Assembly (NCBI GenBank): GCA_037447605.1
Contig: CM074811.1
Location: 930,001 to 994,000, forward strand
DNA from: Zygnema circumcarinatum SAG 698-1b
Taxonomy: Eukaryota > Plantae > Zygnematophyceae
DNA length: 64,000 nt
Reading direction: 5' to 3'
The notes beneath the pieces are model-generated. The model worked only from the letters and a program-made list of their open reading frames with translations. It had not been told where the DNA came from and did no database searches. Below, piece by piece: positions 49,701 to 61,052 of the stretch (the stretch's first letter is position 1; each line of letters opens with the position of its first letter). A program made the position numbers and the translations under genes.

Positions 49701-51416
49701 GAGAGGGGTGGGGCACACATCCCTCTTGAGCCTGAGCAAAAGCCGCCTTGGCGGCCGATCTATCGGTTAAGTCCGAAAGAAACCGAGGAGATGCGAAAGC
49801 AGTTGGCAACTTTACGTGACAAGGGCTAGATAGAACCCAGTCAAAGCCCCTTTGGGGCGCCCATCTTGTTCGTTGGGAAAAAAGATGGCTCGTTGAGGAT
49901 GTGCATTGTCTATCACTGGCATTTCTCTGTTTGGCATTACTCTCATTTTTATGAAGGGTAAATATACTTACAAGTATTGCAGAGCCAAAAGGTTGCCGAG
50001 AGAATCCGGGATACGCCCCGTTAGGGAATTTTCTTCCAAGATTCTGCCCAAAAAAAAAAAAGGGCACTGAATAAATATGCTGCCACGACAAGCATTTCTA
50101 TCACTGGCATTTCTTTCTCTTTTAGTTCAGATTTATGGGGAAAAATACTTACAATTCTCGTAGATTTGTGAGGTTGCCAATAGAATCCGGGATAGACCCC
50201 GTTAGGGAATTAGAACCCAAGCTTCTGCCAAAGTTAAAAAAAAATGAAAAATAAAAAAGGGCACTGAATAAACATGTTGCCACGAATAGCACTTCTATTA
50301 TTGGCATTCCTCTGTTTGACATTTCTATCTCCTACATTTCAGATCCATGGGGAAAAATACTTACATTTCTTGCAGATTCGCAAGGTTGCCAAGAGAATCC
50401 GGGATAGACCCAGTTAGGGAATTAGAAGAAAAGGTACTGCCAAAAATAAAAAAAACTAAGCACTGAATAAGCGTGCTGCCACGACTAGCATTTCTCTCAC
50501 TGGCATTCCTCTGTTTGGCATTTCTATCACTTTCATTTCAGATTTATGGGGGAAAATACTTACAAGTAGATCAGATTCGCAAGGTTGCCGATAGAATCCG
50601 GGATAGCACCCCTTAGGGAATTTTCACGCAAGTCTCTGCCAAAAAAAAAAAAGGGCACTGAATAAACATGCTGCCACGACTACCATTTCTATCACTGGCA
50701 TTCCTTTGTTTCGCATTTCTATCGCTTTCATTTCAGATTTATGGGGAAAAATACTTACAAGCCTTGCAGATTCGCAAGGTTGCCAATGGCAGGTGAAATG
50801 CTTCCTTCAACTCCGGAGCCACCTAAAATACTGCATAAAGTAGGTTAGCAGTGAGAGCGTCAGAAGAAGAAAGGGCCGCGGGCAGTAGAAGGACTGCTCC
50901 TGGCGGCCCTTTTTAGCCACTTTCTGAGGAGGCTTCTTCCCGCTGAACCCTCCTCGCAGCCTCGGCCTGCAGTTCCGCAGCTATGGAATCCACGGAGCTC
51001 TCAAATATCACAAGCGGTGATTAGTAAAAGTGTAGCTCACAGCGAAGTAACGCGCCCACTTGCGTCGCATGTGATCCAACGCCATTTGCTGCAGCTAGTG
51101 CTACTCGCTTTCCAGGAGGAGAGGAGTCCTTGTCCGTTGGTGAATGCCGATTTGAAAGCGAGAAGAGCGGTCCCTGCGCCCAAGCGCGAGCAGATGCAGG
51201 ATTGGATTGAGGCCGCGGTCCGCTTCAAAAAGCACAAACAGAGGCCCCGCCGCGGGCAGGCCGCCTCTCCCCTTCTTCCATAGAGGGCGGGCGGGCGGGC
51301 CGCGGCGGCTCACTGTCTCGCGGGTCGATGGCCTGAGCGGCGGCTTCGCGCGGGGCGGCGGCGGCGGCAAAGAGGAGGAGCGCCGCCGCGAGAGAGAGAG
51401 ACCGCGCGCGCGCCAT
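46749..51416 (-). CDS. Secreted LRR protein: signal peptide + LRRNT_2 + LRRs + Cys-rich/EGF-like domain + Arg/Pro-rich tail (about 346 aa, 9 exons, no TM, no kinase)
   Basis: Exons 51314-51416 ([28 protein letters not shown]..), 51041-51173 ([35 protein letters not shown]), five 72-nt exons (50759-50830, 50564-50635, 50365-50436, 50153-50224, 49972-50043), 47497-47825 ([46 protein letters not shown]) and 46749-46864 ([20 protein letters not shown]). All junctions are GT-AG, phases are compatible, and the total of 1041 nt is a multiple of 3. Confidence 0.85.
48020..49908 (+). mobile_element. Degenerate, truncated Ty3/gypsy retrotransposon inside intron 7 of the LRR gene (antisense)
   Basis: Gag ORF 48299-48946 ([29 protein letters not shown]; zinc knuckle [14 protein letters not shown]). 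RT N-terminus at 49691-49908 ([49 protein letters not shown]) with an in-frame stop and an abrupt end. Assembly gap at 49263-49690. Putative LTR start TGTAGCG near 48020 is tentative. Confidence 0.85.
49263..49690. other. Assembly gap (N run); 10-N gaps also at 9801-9810, 45965-45974, 48209-48218 and 55014-55023
   Basis: Direct reading. Confidence 1.
49909..50788 (-). repeat. Tandem array of about 4.5 intron + LRR-exon modules (period 181-212 bp)
   Basis: Minus-strand donors GTAAGTAT at 49971, 50152, 50364, 50563 and 50758. The introns share GAAATGCCAGTGATAGAAATG..GTCGTGGCAGCA..TTTATTCAGTGCCC-polyT-GGCAG. Confidence 0.95.
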
Positions 51417-52130
51417 CGCGGCCAAGCGCCCGCCGGAGACACCAGGGGACGTGACGGCGGGGCGGCCAGAGGCGAGGAGAGGGCGGGGAGGGGAGGGAGG
51501 GAGGGGCCTGCGGGGAGGGAGGGCGCCTTCCTCCGCCGTGCCTTGGGACAGGGACGGACGGCGGCGCGTTGGCGCGGGATTACTATATAGTATGGGACGG
51601 CCATACTTCGTACGGATGGCGGTCTCGATAGCACCGACAGCACACGAGGAGGCCGCGGGCTTAAAACTGCGCCCTGTGGACCAATCAGCGTCGATCAATT
51701 TCTTTGGCGCCAGCTCGCACACAGGGCGGCGGCCTCCGCCATGGCTTGCGGGGACAACGTGCCCCATCAGGACAAGGCTGCCCGCCCGGGCTGCCAGCTG
51801 ACTGACGCTTGGAATACGGACAGGCAGCTGGAGTTCTGCCACGTCACAAGTCAAAAGAGCGCACTGATTGGCTGCGGTCAGACTTGCGGTGTGCGTCTAG
51901 ATAGCTATGATGACTGTGCGTGAAGAAGACAAAATATTTTCCGGCACTGGATACCGAATTCTCCTGCAGTCTCGGCCGCCCGATTCGCGATCCGGCGCGA
52001 GGGATTTGCATTGCCGCCGGTTTTTATGAAATCATGAATTCCAGGCTCATGTGTCATCATATCATCCAGTAGCTTTCTTTCGTCGTTTTGTGCCCTCCGT
52101 CGTGTTGTCGCGCCCAACTGGATGTATAGT

Positions 52131-53170
52131 GGGTGCAATAATTTTTGGAAAATTCTATGCTCACACCTTTTTTGTCTACAAACAGACCTTTTTTCTCTGG
52201 GCAGATATTAAAATAGACAAAAAAGGATTAATAATGGAAAATGCTTTTTTCACACCTTTTTGGAATCGATCGACACCTTTTTCCGCCGGGCAGATTTTTA
52301 CCCCTCTTTTTTTTTTAGAGAAAAAAATATCGGTCTGTCCGAATCCGCTCGGAGTGGAAGATCCGTCCGCCACGAAATCGTTCGCAGGTGTCCGTCCTTC
52401 ACACGTGCGTATCAATCGCAGCCGTCGACTCCCGTGCAGATCGCACCATGACAGATCACCGTTCGATCTGCAGGCTGGCTCGATTCCAGCGAACGTGCCC
52501 ACGTGTCCCGCCAGAGCCGGCTCGCACGTGTGAGTGCGAGCGTTCCTCGGCCCGAGATCTCCGCAAAATTATGAGCTGGACCGGCCGGCTCGCTCAAAAA
52601 ATTGTCAGCTGCCAGCCAATCAACATCTGCCACGCGCTATATTCATGACGTGGTAACGTTTGATTGGTCCGAGCTCTCAATGTACAAAATTTTGCGTTTC
52701 CACGAAGTTGCGACCGTACGACCATTGTACAGGCCCACTTTTGAGACGGCTTTGGCGGGATACGTGGGCCCGTGCCATTCGCTGAGGTCGAGCCCGGCTG
52801 CAGATCGAATGGTGATCTGCCATGGTGCGATCTGCGAGGGAATAACGGTTGAGATTGACAGACACGTGTGAAGGACGGACACCAGCGAACGATTTCGAGG
52901 CGGACGGATCTTCCTCTCCGAGCGGATTCGGGCAGAAGGATATGTTTTTTTCTCTTAAAAAAAAAAATCAGGGAGGCGGGATATTATAATGGGGTGATGG
53001 GGTATCATTTTCCTTGTTACGCAAAAATAAAATCTGTCGACGTTAGAAGGTGGGTATCGATTCCAGAAAGGTGTGAGACAAGCATTTTCCGTTTTTAATC
53101 CCTTTTGAAATCTGCCCGGCCGGGAAGGGGTGTTTGGATCCAAAAAAAGGGGTGGAAATAACACTACCCT
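52131..53170. mobile_element. Foldback/MULE-like non-autonomous element with long (300+ bp) inverted arms
   Basis: About 52220-52470 is the reverse complement of about 52790-53090 (e.g. CCGAATCCGCTCGGAG.GGAAGATCCGTCCGCC.CGAAATCGTTCGC.GGTGTCCGTCCTTCACACGTG). No TSD found. Confidence 0.75.
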
Positions 53171-53174
53171 TGAA

Positions 53175-53780
53175 TTTTTGCACAGATCGGACCGTTAGAC
53201 AAACCAGTCGACTGGTTGGCAACCAGTGGTTGCGGACCGAAACAACCATTCGACTGGTTGCCAACCAGTAGACGTCCAACCATTGCCATCCAATGGTTGT
53301 CCAATGGTTGCCGATCCACTGGTCCGAACTGTGAATTTTTGTACAATTGAGTTGTCGTTAGCCCCAAGCCCTCAGGGCAGTTCAAGCCGTGGGGAAAAAG
53401 GACCACGCTGTTGCCAAGTTCCATGTTCACATAGTCACGTGAAATTGAACGGTTCCCGGATCGGCTCACAGGGGTCATATGGCCGTTGTCGCGACCAAAG
53501 GCCGTGACATTGGAACCAACCAACCAACCAGCCAACCAATGAATGCCAACCATTCGATTGATGTGGTATGAACCATGAGACCATGAGATTGGAACGAACA
53601 AACCAACCAACCAACCAACCCTTGAATTGCCAACCATTCTATTCATGGTTTTCTGGGTCGCAACAAACCAATCTTCGCAACCATTGGCAACTGTCGGCCA
53701 TTGACTCCTATGCTTGGCACCCACTAGCAATGGGTTGTTGGTTCAGCTGTTGGCTCAGTTTGAGAATTTGGTGACTATTG
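53175..53780. repeat. CCATTGG/CCAGTGG palindromic repeat family, with a small foldback at 53175-53345
   Basis: Inverted ends TTTTTGCACAGATCGGACC..GGTCCGAACTGTGAATTTTT, similar to the end of the 11.8-kb array. Interior of AACCATTG/CAATGGTT units. Confidence 0.7.
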
Positions 53781-54069
53781 AAGAAAGTCGACGGAAACAT
53801 TGACCGGCAAGCCAGTACCGCACAGATGCTGCTTAGTTCCATGAGATGTTATTGTCCCATCCTTCAACGCAGCACCCGTTCAGTTACACGTAGCTCACAG
53901 TTTTCCGGTACCGACTACGACCAAGACCATTGCAAATGGGTATCCACCAACGATCATTCGCCAACTTGACACGCGGCACATTTTCATTGAGGGATGCTAG
54001 TTAGACTGTCGATAACTTTTATTTCCACATTTAGTCCTAATTTTAGTTGTTGTTCCGGAAACGATCTCG

Positions 54070-54310
54070 TAGCGGACGGAATCTTCCGCTGCGAGCGGAT
54101 TCGGGCCCAGGCCGATATTTTTTTCAATCAAAAAAAAATTCAGGGGGACGAGATATTCAAAATGGGGTGACCGGGTATCATTTTCCTTGTTTTGCAAAAA
54201 TAAAATCTGCCCTACAAAAAAAACACATTTTCCGTTTTTCATCCTTTTTAAAATCTGCCCGGCCGGCAAGGGCTGTTTTGATCCAAAAAGGGGTGGAAAT
54301 AACACTACCC
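54070..54310 (+). mobile_element. Isolated copy of the right arm of the 52131-53170 element
   Basis: Shares GAGCGGATTCGGGC, GGGTATCATTTTCCTTGTT and the terminus GATCCAAAAAGGGGTGGAAATAACACTACCCT with 52920-53170. Confidence 0.8.
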
Positions 54311-55259
54311 TAATTCAATGCCAATTTGCTCTCGAATCATGGAAATTGCGGATTGGCATCGATCTCACGACGGCGACGACACCAAAAGCGCATGGACTCA
54401 AAGACGGCACTAATGTACAGTACAGTGCGAAGAATCGACGTGAAAATTTGCAAGGGACAAAGAGGACATCGTGAGATCATTGCCACATCCTCCTGAACAA
54501 GAAGCGTTAAAACCGAAGAAGGAAATCAAGCGAAGGAAAAAACAGAGAGTAAAGACGAAACGTGAAAGATCGTAGTGCGATGTGTCGTCGTTTCAGGCCA
54601 CTTCCTGTTTGCTGCACGGCGAGCTGTTCCCGAAATGACCCGAGGAATTCCTCAACTTGGTACGATCATTTTTTCTTCTATCCACGCTACCTCTTGCTCC
54701 CTCCCCTCTCCCCACTCCGTCCAGCCCCTTTTCTCCCCGTATATTGATAGACTGGACAATTTGCGAAACTCCAGCAAGGCGGCTACAAAACAAGTGAAGA
54801 GAAAATAGGCATTTATGCTTCTGCTTCGTCTGGGAAACAATGCAAATATTAGGGTTACAACTTCTTAGGCTCTATAATGGCTAGCAGATAATTTCTATAT
54901 GGGCCATAGCTATTTGAGAAACTCCGATTCCGGACACCTCCTGAGCTAGGAAGTGATCTGATTGAGTGAACACTCTATAGAATAAACAATCGTCGCTAAC
55001 ATCATTCTCTCCCNNNNNNNNNNCCCCCCCCCCCCCCCCCCCCCCCCCCGCACACCCTCTCTCTCGCCCTTCACTTCAACCGAGGTCCATAGTGCATGTA
55101 CAAGGTGAAGTTCTTTAGTAACTTCGCATCATCTACTATCATGGGCATCTACATCTACTACTATTCCATTTCAATATGGAGCGAGAACTCCAGAAAACTC
55201 GTCCTTTTCACAGGCCCCTCCCTTCCGGGCCCGCCTCTCACTCTCGTGCCCCTCCTGAC

Positions 55260-58200
55260 TCACCCCCGTGATTCCTCCGCTTTCGACCTCTTGGAGCGAC
55301 CCAAAAATCCTGCCACGCCCTGTTTCCCACCAGGAGCAGCTCCTAAAAAGCTAAAACTCGAGAGTCCAAACTCCAACTGTTTCTGTGGGACGCCTCCCTT
55401 AGGTGAGTCGTGAGAAGGTCCGGAGAAGCCACTCCCATTGGCTGTCAGAAGGACAGTGGTAGGGGTGGCAGCAGGAGAGAGAGTCTCTTGCGAGGACGCA
55501 GGAGAGGAGATGGCCCCTCTCTGTGTGATGACTCCCAGGCGATCACCTCTAATGCTTGCCCAGGAACGAGATGATTTATTACTGCCAATGTTCTCGCAGT
55601 CATCCATCTCGATGTCAACAGCTGATAGAGGAGAGGTCACTCGTTTCCCTCCCACTTTCTCCTCCTCCGCCATGGACTCGGAGAGGAAGCCTCCCGTATC
55701 ATCTGCTGAGTTATCTCCCAAAGTGACTGGTGGATGCGCTCTGTTTCGTGACCTCCTGCTATTTGGGGTGTGGTAGTATGCATTCACCTTACTTTTGCTT
55801 GTAGAGGAGGGCCTCCTTGACCCTTGGGTTGGAGTGAAACTCTCGCTGTTGGGTCTCCTTGGTGGGAGTGGGGAAGGTCTGCTCAGCCTGCTCTCTCCTG
55901 CCATCCCTTTCTCTGAAGGGCTGTACATTGGCTCTGAGAGATTGCTTCGCGCGGGAGAGCGGTTGTAGGACAGGGATGGTAGGAGGAGCTGCTCTGTCGA
56001 GTGGCGGCTGCTGGAAGTGGAGAAAGCAAAGTCCTGCAGCGTGACGGAAATATTTGTGAGTCTTCTCCAGTTGGACGTTGGAATCATAACCGTAACCGGA
56101 GCTATACATAGAAAGAATTGAGTGGACGTAAGTTAAATACGTCTGCTGACACGGCGGCCTTAACGAGCATCGTGTGTACTTTTTCAGATTGTAATGAAGT
56201 GAAGGACTTTTTTGAGGAGCTTATTATACATCACCAGTGTGAACTGTCTAACTTTTCCAGCTTAATGTTTCAGCGCACTCTTAACAGAGGGGCTTAGTTC
56301 TTTCTCGATAGAACCACAACCAAATCCCTCTACCATAGTACTGTTTTGCAAAGGATTAAAGTGCTGGAGGTCGCGTTGAGTGTTCGAGGAAAGAATCATC
56401 AAAACTTAGATAGAGAAATGAATCCATGAAGGGTGCCGTTAGACCCGTGGTACACAGAATTGGAGGTAGCCACAGCTAAGGACACCAATTTTAGGGCTTT
56501 AAGAAATGCACCTTTGAATCTACTCGCCCTCCATTGAACATTCCCTCGCTCCCGACACTGCAGCATGAAAACCCTCAGTGTGAGTACTGCAGAAAGCTAA
56601 CTCTAGCAATTCCAACCAACAAGAACCAAATTCCCGACTCCCCACAACAAGTATATGTTACCCCATCATCTATGATTAGAGACCTTGTAGTCGAGCAAAA
56701 CTAGGCAATTGGACAATTGGAAAGGGCTGCAGCCACAAGTCTCATAAACAGTTCCGGAAAGGAGAGCCGCACCTGTCAAGCCCTTCTTGAAGCAGCCATG
56801 ACTTCACAGCCTCCCTCCTCTCCCTATCCAGATGGGAGTCATCCACAAGCGCATTCAACTTTGCCACAAGTGCACAGACTTCATTGTTGGCCATGTCGAG
56901 CCGGGAGCCAAGCTCTGCTCTTGCAGCGTTTGCAAGTGCAAGGTCCATATCCACTGTCAACTTTTCCTTATGCATCGCAAAAAGGCTCCTCCGAACTTCT
57001 CCAACTCTGCAATCCAAAATAGGATAAGTAATCAGTTATTCACCTTCGGAGATCTTCCACAAAGCCAAGTTTCTGTATCGGTGAAAGAAAAACGAAGGCT
57101 TTCTGCTCGTTTTGAGGCCGGACATTCTTCCTTACCTTGCTTCTGCTTCCACAAGTCTAGATTCCAGCATGCTTTCCCTCTCAGTCGCTGCCTCCAGCAT
57201 AGCACTGAGAGTGGCACTGTCAGCGTCTTGCCTCCCAAGCTCTGCTTGAAGCTGCTCTTTACTTTGACGCTCTTCCTCCAGCCTGCTCTCCAACTCAATA
57301 GTCCACTGTGCTGCGGCTTCAAGCTCAGCATTTATCTCTTCCTCAAGAGACTCTGTTTCACTTAGCGGCCAGCTCGGATTCACACCCGTTAGATTGAGAT
57401 TATTTCCAGTTGAGTGACAATGATCCTTTGCAAATTTCTGGCCCTCGGCGTCTCGGCTAATCTCAAGCTCATTTGCCCTGTCCATGTTGCCTTCACGGAG
57501 TGCTTTCACCTCAGCTTGATAAGAAGCTGCTTCACTTTTCAACCCTTGCACCTGCAATGAGATCCTCAAAACCGCAGCACGAGCAAGCTTCAATTCTTGA
57601 CTTAAATTCTTCTTGTCAGCTTCAGCTGACATCAACATGTCTTCAAGTTCAGTGAGCTTTGCATCGGCTTCATGCACTTGCTCGCGCAAGTCTTCAACTT
57701 CAGTCCCAGCACCCACCAATTCCGTGACCCTGTTCTGAGCCCAAGTAAGCTCTGCCCCTAATTTCGCTGTTTCACTTCTCCACTGCGCCAATTCGTTTGA
57801 AAGTTCCACCACCCGCTCCTTCGAAGCAGCCAGCTCGCTTTGAATGTCGTCCTTACCGTCTACCTCCTTTGATAGTGAAGAAATGGCCAATTGAGCTGAC
57901 GCGAGCTCATCCTGCAAATCGAATGTCTGTGTTCTCCATTCCGTTAGCTCGGTAGAAAGATCGAGTGCCTTCTTACGGGCAGCTGCAAGCTCGGCTCTGA
58001 GACTCTCCCTTTCAGCAAGACCTTCAGTCAACTGCCCAACCATCTCCTCCACAGCTGCGAGGTCTTTATCAACATCAAACGTCTCCTGTTTCGACTCTGC
58101 CAGTTCTCGAGAGAGCTTTGCTATCTTATGATTGGCTGTTGCAAGTGCACTGGTCAGCTCATCAGCATTGTCGGAACCGCTCCTTTCCTGTCTCAGGTTC

Positions 58201-60244
58201 TCCTGTTCTTTCTCAAGTTTCTCACAAGTCTGCTTGTATCCTCGCGTTGGCAGAACAGCATCAACTTCATCTGGAGATTTGGAGTGATGACCATTCGAAC
58301 GGTCGTTCTCTTCATCTGCTTTTCTCAGATTCCGAACTTCTTTACTCAACCGATTCATCTCCTCCTTCGCCAAAGTGAGCTCCTGCTTCATCAGACTTGC
58401 CTCTCTGGCAGCTGTTACCGATTTGTTTTCAGCCCCAGTCAAGCGACCGCTCATTTTTCCTAACTCTCCTTCTAACAAGGCTACAGCCTCTTCACCACGC
58501 TTTTTCTGCTTTGAAGTTTCCTGAAGCTCCTTTTCTAAGACTGACAAACTGAACGCCAGCTTCTTGCAGGCCAAGCAAGGAATATCCTCGCCCTCTTGAG
58601 TATGTTCCTTTTCCGCGTCACTTTTGAAGTATTCCACACTTTCTCCGATGACTTTGATTGGTTTGCACACCTTCTCCTCCACAATGGAAGTTTTATCAAT
58701 TTGTTTTTGACTATCATTCTCGCCAGCTTGAGTGCGACCCTTGCTTACATGATCTACCAAAGCCAGGCTACCAAAGTAACTGCTCACCTCAGCCACATCT
58801 TCTTCCACGGTTTGCTTTACATTAGTATTGTTTTCGATTGCCATCGCCATTTCAATTTCTGCATCTTGACTTTCCCAGGGGTTTGTATCTTCAGACATCA
58901 TCATGATCAGACTGATCTCTTCAAACATTCTCAGGTCTCCAGCAGAGGGACTTGCGGGAGTAGCGCCATCGTCTTCCCCTGTTCCCTTGAACATCGCTTG
59001 TTTCAGTGTCACTAGTTCAGTCTTCTCTTTTTCAGCCTCCTTTAACCTTGACCTTAGCTGGTCAACCTGTTTCTCCATATCTTGGATTATCAAGGCCCTG
59101 TCTTCCAATACGACCACCATAGCATCCATCTCAGTCTGCATCTCTGTGAGCTGATTCTCCTGTTCAGTAACAAGCGCAGATAACCGACTCACATCGGCTT
59201 TCAACTCAAGTTTCTCCTCTGCAACATCCTGAATGCGACGAGCCTGCTCATCACGAACACGGCGAAGTTCTCGGATAGATTCCTGCAAGCAGGATGCCAT
59301 TCACAGGTAATGTAAGGAGAAAGAAAAGAGAGAATGAACACGGCAAAGGTGATAAAGGTTGACATTCAGGTGTATCTCTCAGAGCACAATGCAATCCTAA
59401 TCTGATACTTTAAGTGCTGAATTACTGATCAGCATATCAGTGTACAGATGCGGTAACTGACAGCTATGGACCCATCGTAAAAGAGCATGTACATGACTTG
59501 GAAGAGACACAGACAGAAAAGCCACTTCAGAAGTGGCCTTTTAAGTCGCCCAAAGGACTGTCCACTTTTTTGGTGAACAGATTGTGAGCATCTGGAAATG
59601 CTAAGGAGTATGAAAGCTAATCAAGCAGGTAACGAACAGAACAAACTCTGTAGCAAACAAGCACTTGTCGAAAAGATACTACGAGAGAGTGCGTAGAGAT
59701 ATGACAACCAATCTCTCTCTCAATTCTCAATACATACTTTCAACGCCGAGTCGAGACGGGCTGCCTTCCTCTCAGAAACCTCCTTTTCTTGCAACGCCTG
59801 CTCCAGCTGTACTTTTAAGGCTGTTGATTGTGCTGTCGCCTTCTCCCATCCTGCATGACCGGACAAGGGATGCTTATCATTATAGTCAGACAGCTTCAGC
59901 TTTCCTTTCCAGCTCTCTTTCGTTCTTCAATCCTGTCTTCAGATAGGCATTCCATTGCAAGCAAATTCCCCGTTATATGCTCCAAATTCAATAATTCCCT
60001 GCCATTGCACATCTGTTATTTAAAAGTTACAAGCACCTCCAAACTTGCAGGGGAAGAAAGACTAGTGCTGATCTAACAATCCTCACAATCACTCTATGCC
60101 TTGCAAAGGATGGCACCGACCTGTAACCGCTGCTTCCGCCACCTTCATGTGTCGAGAAGCTGCGTCAGTAGCACTCGCTTCAACCTCAGCCGAACCATCA
60201 TCAACCGGCTTCGTAACGCTACTGCTCACTGCGGCAGCTTCCAT
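55260..60244 (-). CDS. FPP: Filament-like plant protein (FPP, DUF869 family), multi-exon coiled-coil
   Basis: RHMKVAEAAVT|GWEKATAQSTALKVQLE..RKAARLDSALK|ESIRELRRVRDEQARRIQDV matches the FPP signature (KVAEEAV.GWEKA; LD.ALKEC.RQLR..R.EQ). Exons ..60121, 59738-59850, 57136-59282, about 56.77-57.0 kb, and a last exon ending at 55260. Start codon uncertain. Confidence 0.85.
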
Positions 60245-60929
60245 TTCCTGGATATTACCCTTCAAATTATCTCGACTAGTGCACGAATGAGAGGAAGCTT
60301 CCGCTGAGAGGAAGCGAATATAAGCAAAGCAAATACAACGAGAGGAAACCACCACCAAGGGAAACTATTTTAAGTCAATCTAGCTTGACATCAGAAGCAA
60401 GGCGAGAGGCGTAACACTGCAGAATGTCGCAGGAAGCTTCCCTGAACGTGAATCAGAAGCAAAAGAAAGTAAACAGAGGCACGATAAAGAGCAGCAGGAG
60501 CGCCTGCCTCCCCTCCTCTCCTCCCGCCCCCTCTCCCTCTGCTCTCCTCCTCCCTCTCCTCCCTCTCCTCCCTCTCTCTCCACTCCCTCTCCTCGCAGCC
60601 CTTCCCTGGCCGTGGGGCCCTGCCCTTGACCTGCGCGCGTTTCAAATTTACCGCCACGCGAGTTCAAACTAAAAATCTAAACATTGGGACCAACATTGCT
60701 ATTATTTTGGGACCACGAATTGGTACGAAATTGTACCGTCACGACAGGCACGCAACGGATCCCTACAGCAGTAGCCAATCATAGACATCCTTTGTACGTG
60801 CGGAACCGACCAAGTTTGAAAACTGATATTTTCGTTTCGATTAGGCTTTGCCGTTGACGGCCGCGAGCACAATCTCATTTGCTGACGGCATCTGTACGTC
60901 CGACTGCACAAGTCGAGCCAATGTTGGCG

Positions 60930-61052
60930 TGGTCAATGGTTGACAAGCCAGCCAAAGGTTGGTAACCATTGCCAATTCCGACCAACGGTGGCAATCACTG
61001 CTCACCAATGGTTGAACCGGTGCCAGTGGCCAGTTCCTTCCTCCAACCATTG
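60930..61052. repeat. Third CAATGG/CCATTG palindromic repeat cluster
   Basis: TCAATGGTT, AACCATTGCC, CCAATGGTTG and AACCATTG units directly adjacent to the left arm of the 61053-62104 element. Confidence 0.55.

Noticed and set aside
49012-50091. Long ORFs spanning 49.0-50.1 kb in the track
   Set aside because: They are open only because they cross the N gap.
49909-50788. CRISPR array, plain satellite, or U1/SL-RNA cluster (ATACTTAC motif in each unit)
   Set aside because: There are no unique spacers or cas genes and the DNA is eukaryotic. ATACTTAC is simply the reverse complement of the GTAAGTAT splice donor, and similarity to U1 does not extend further. The units are explained by LRR exon+intron modules.
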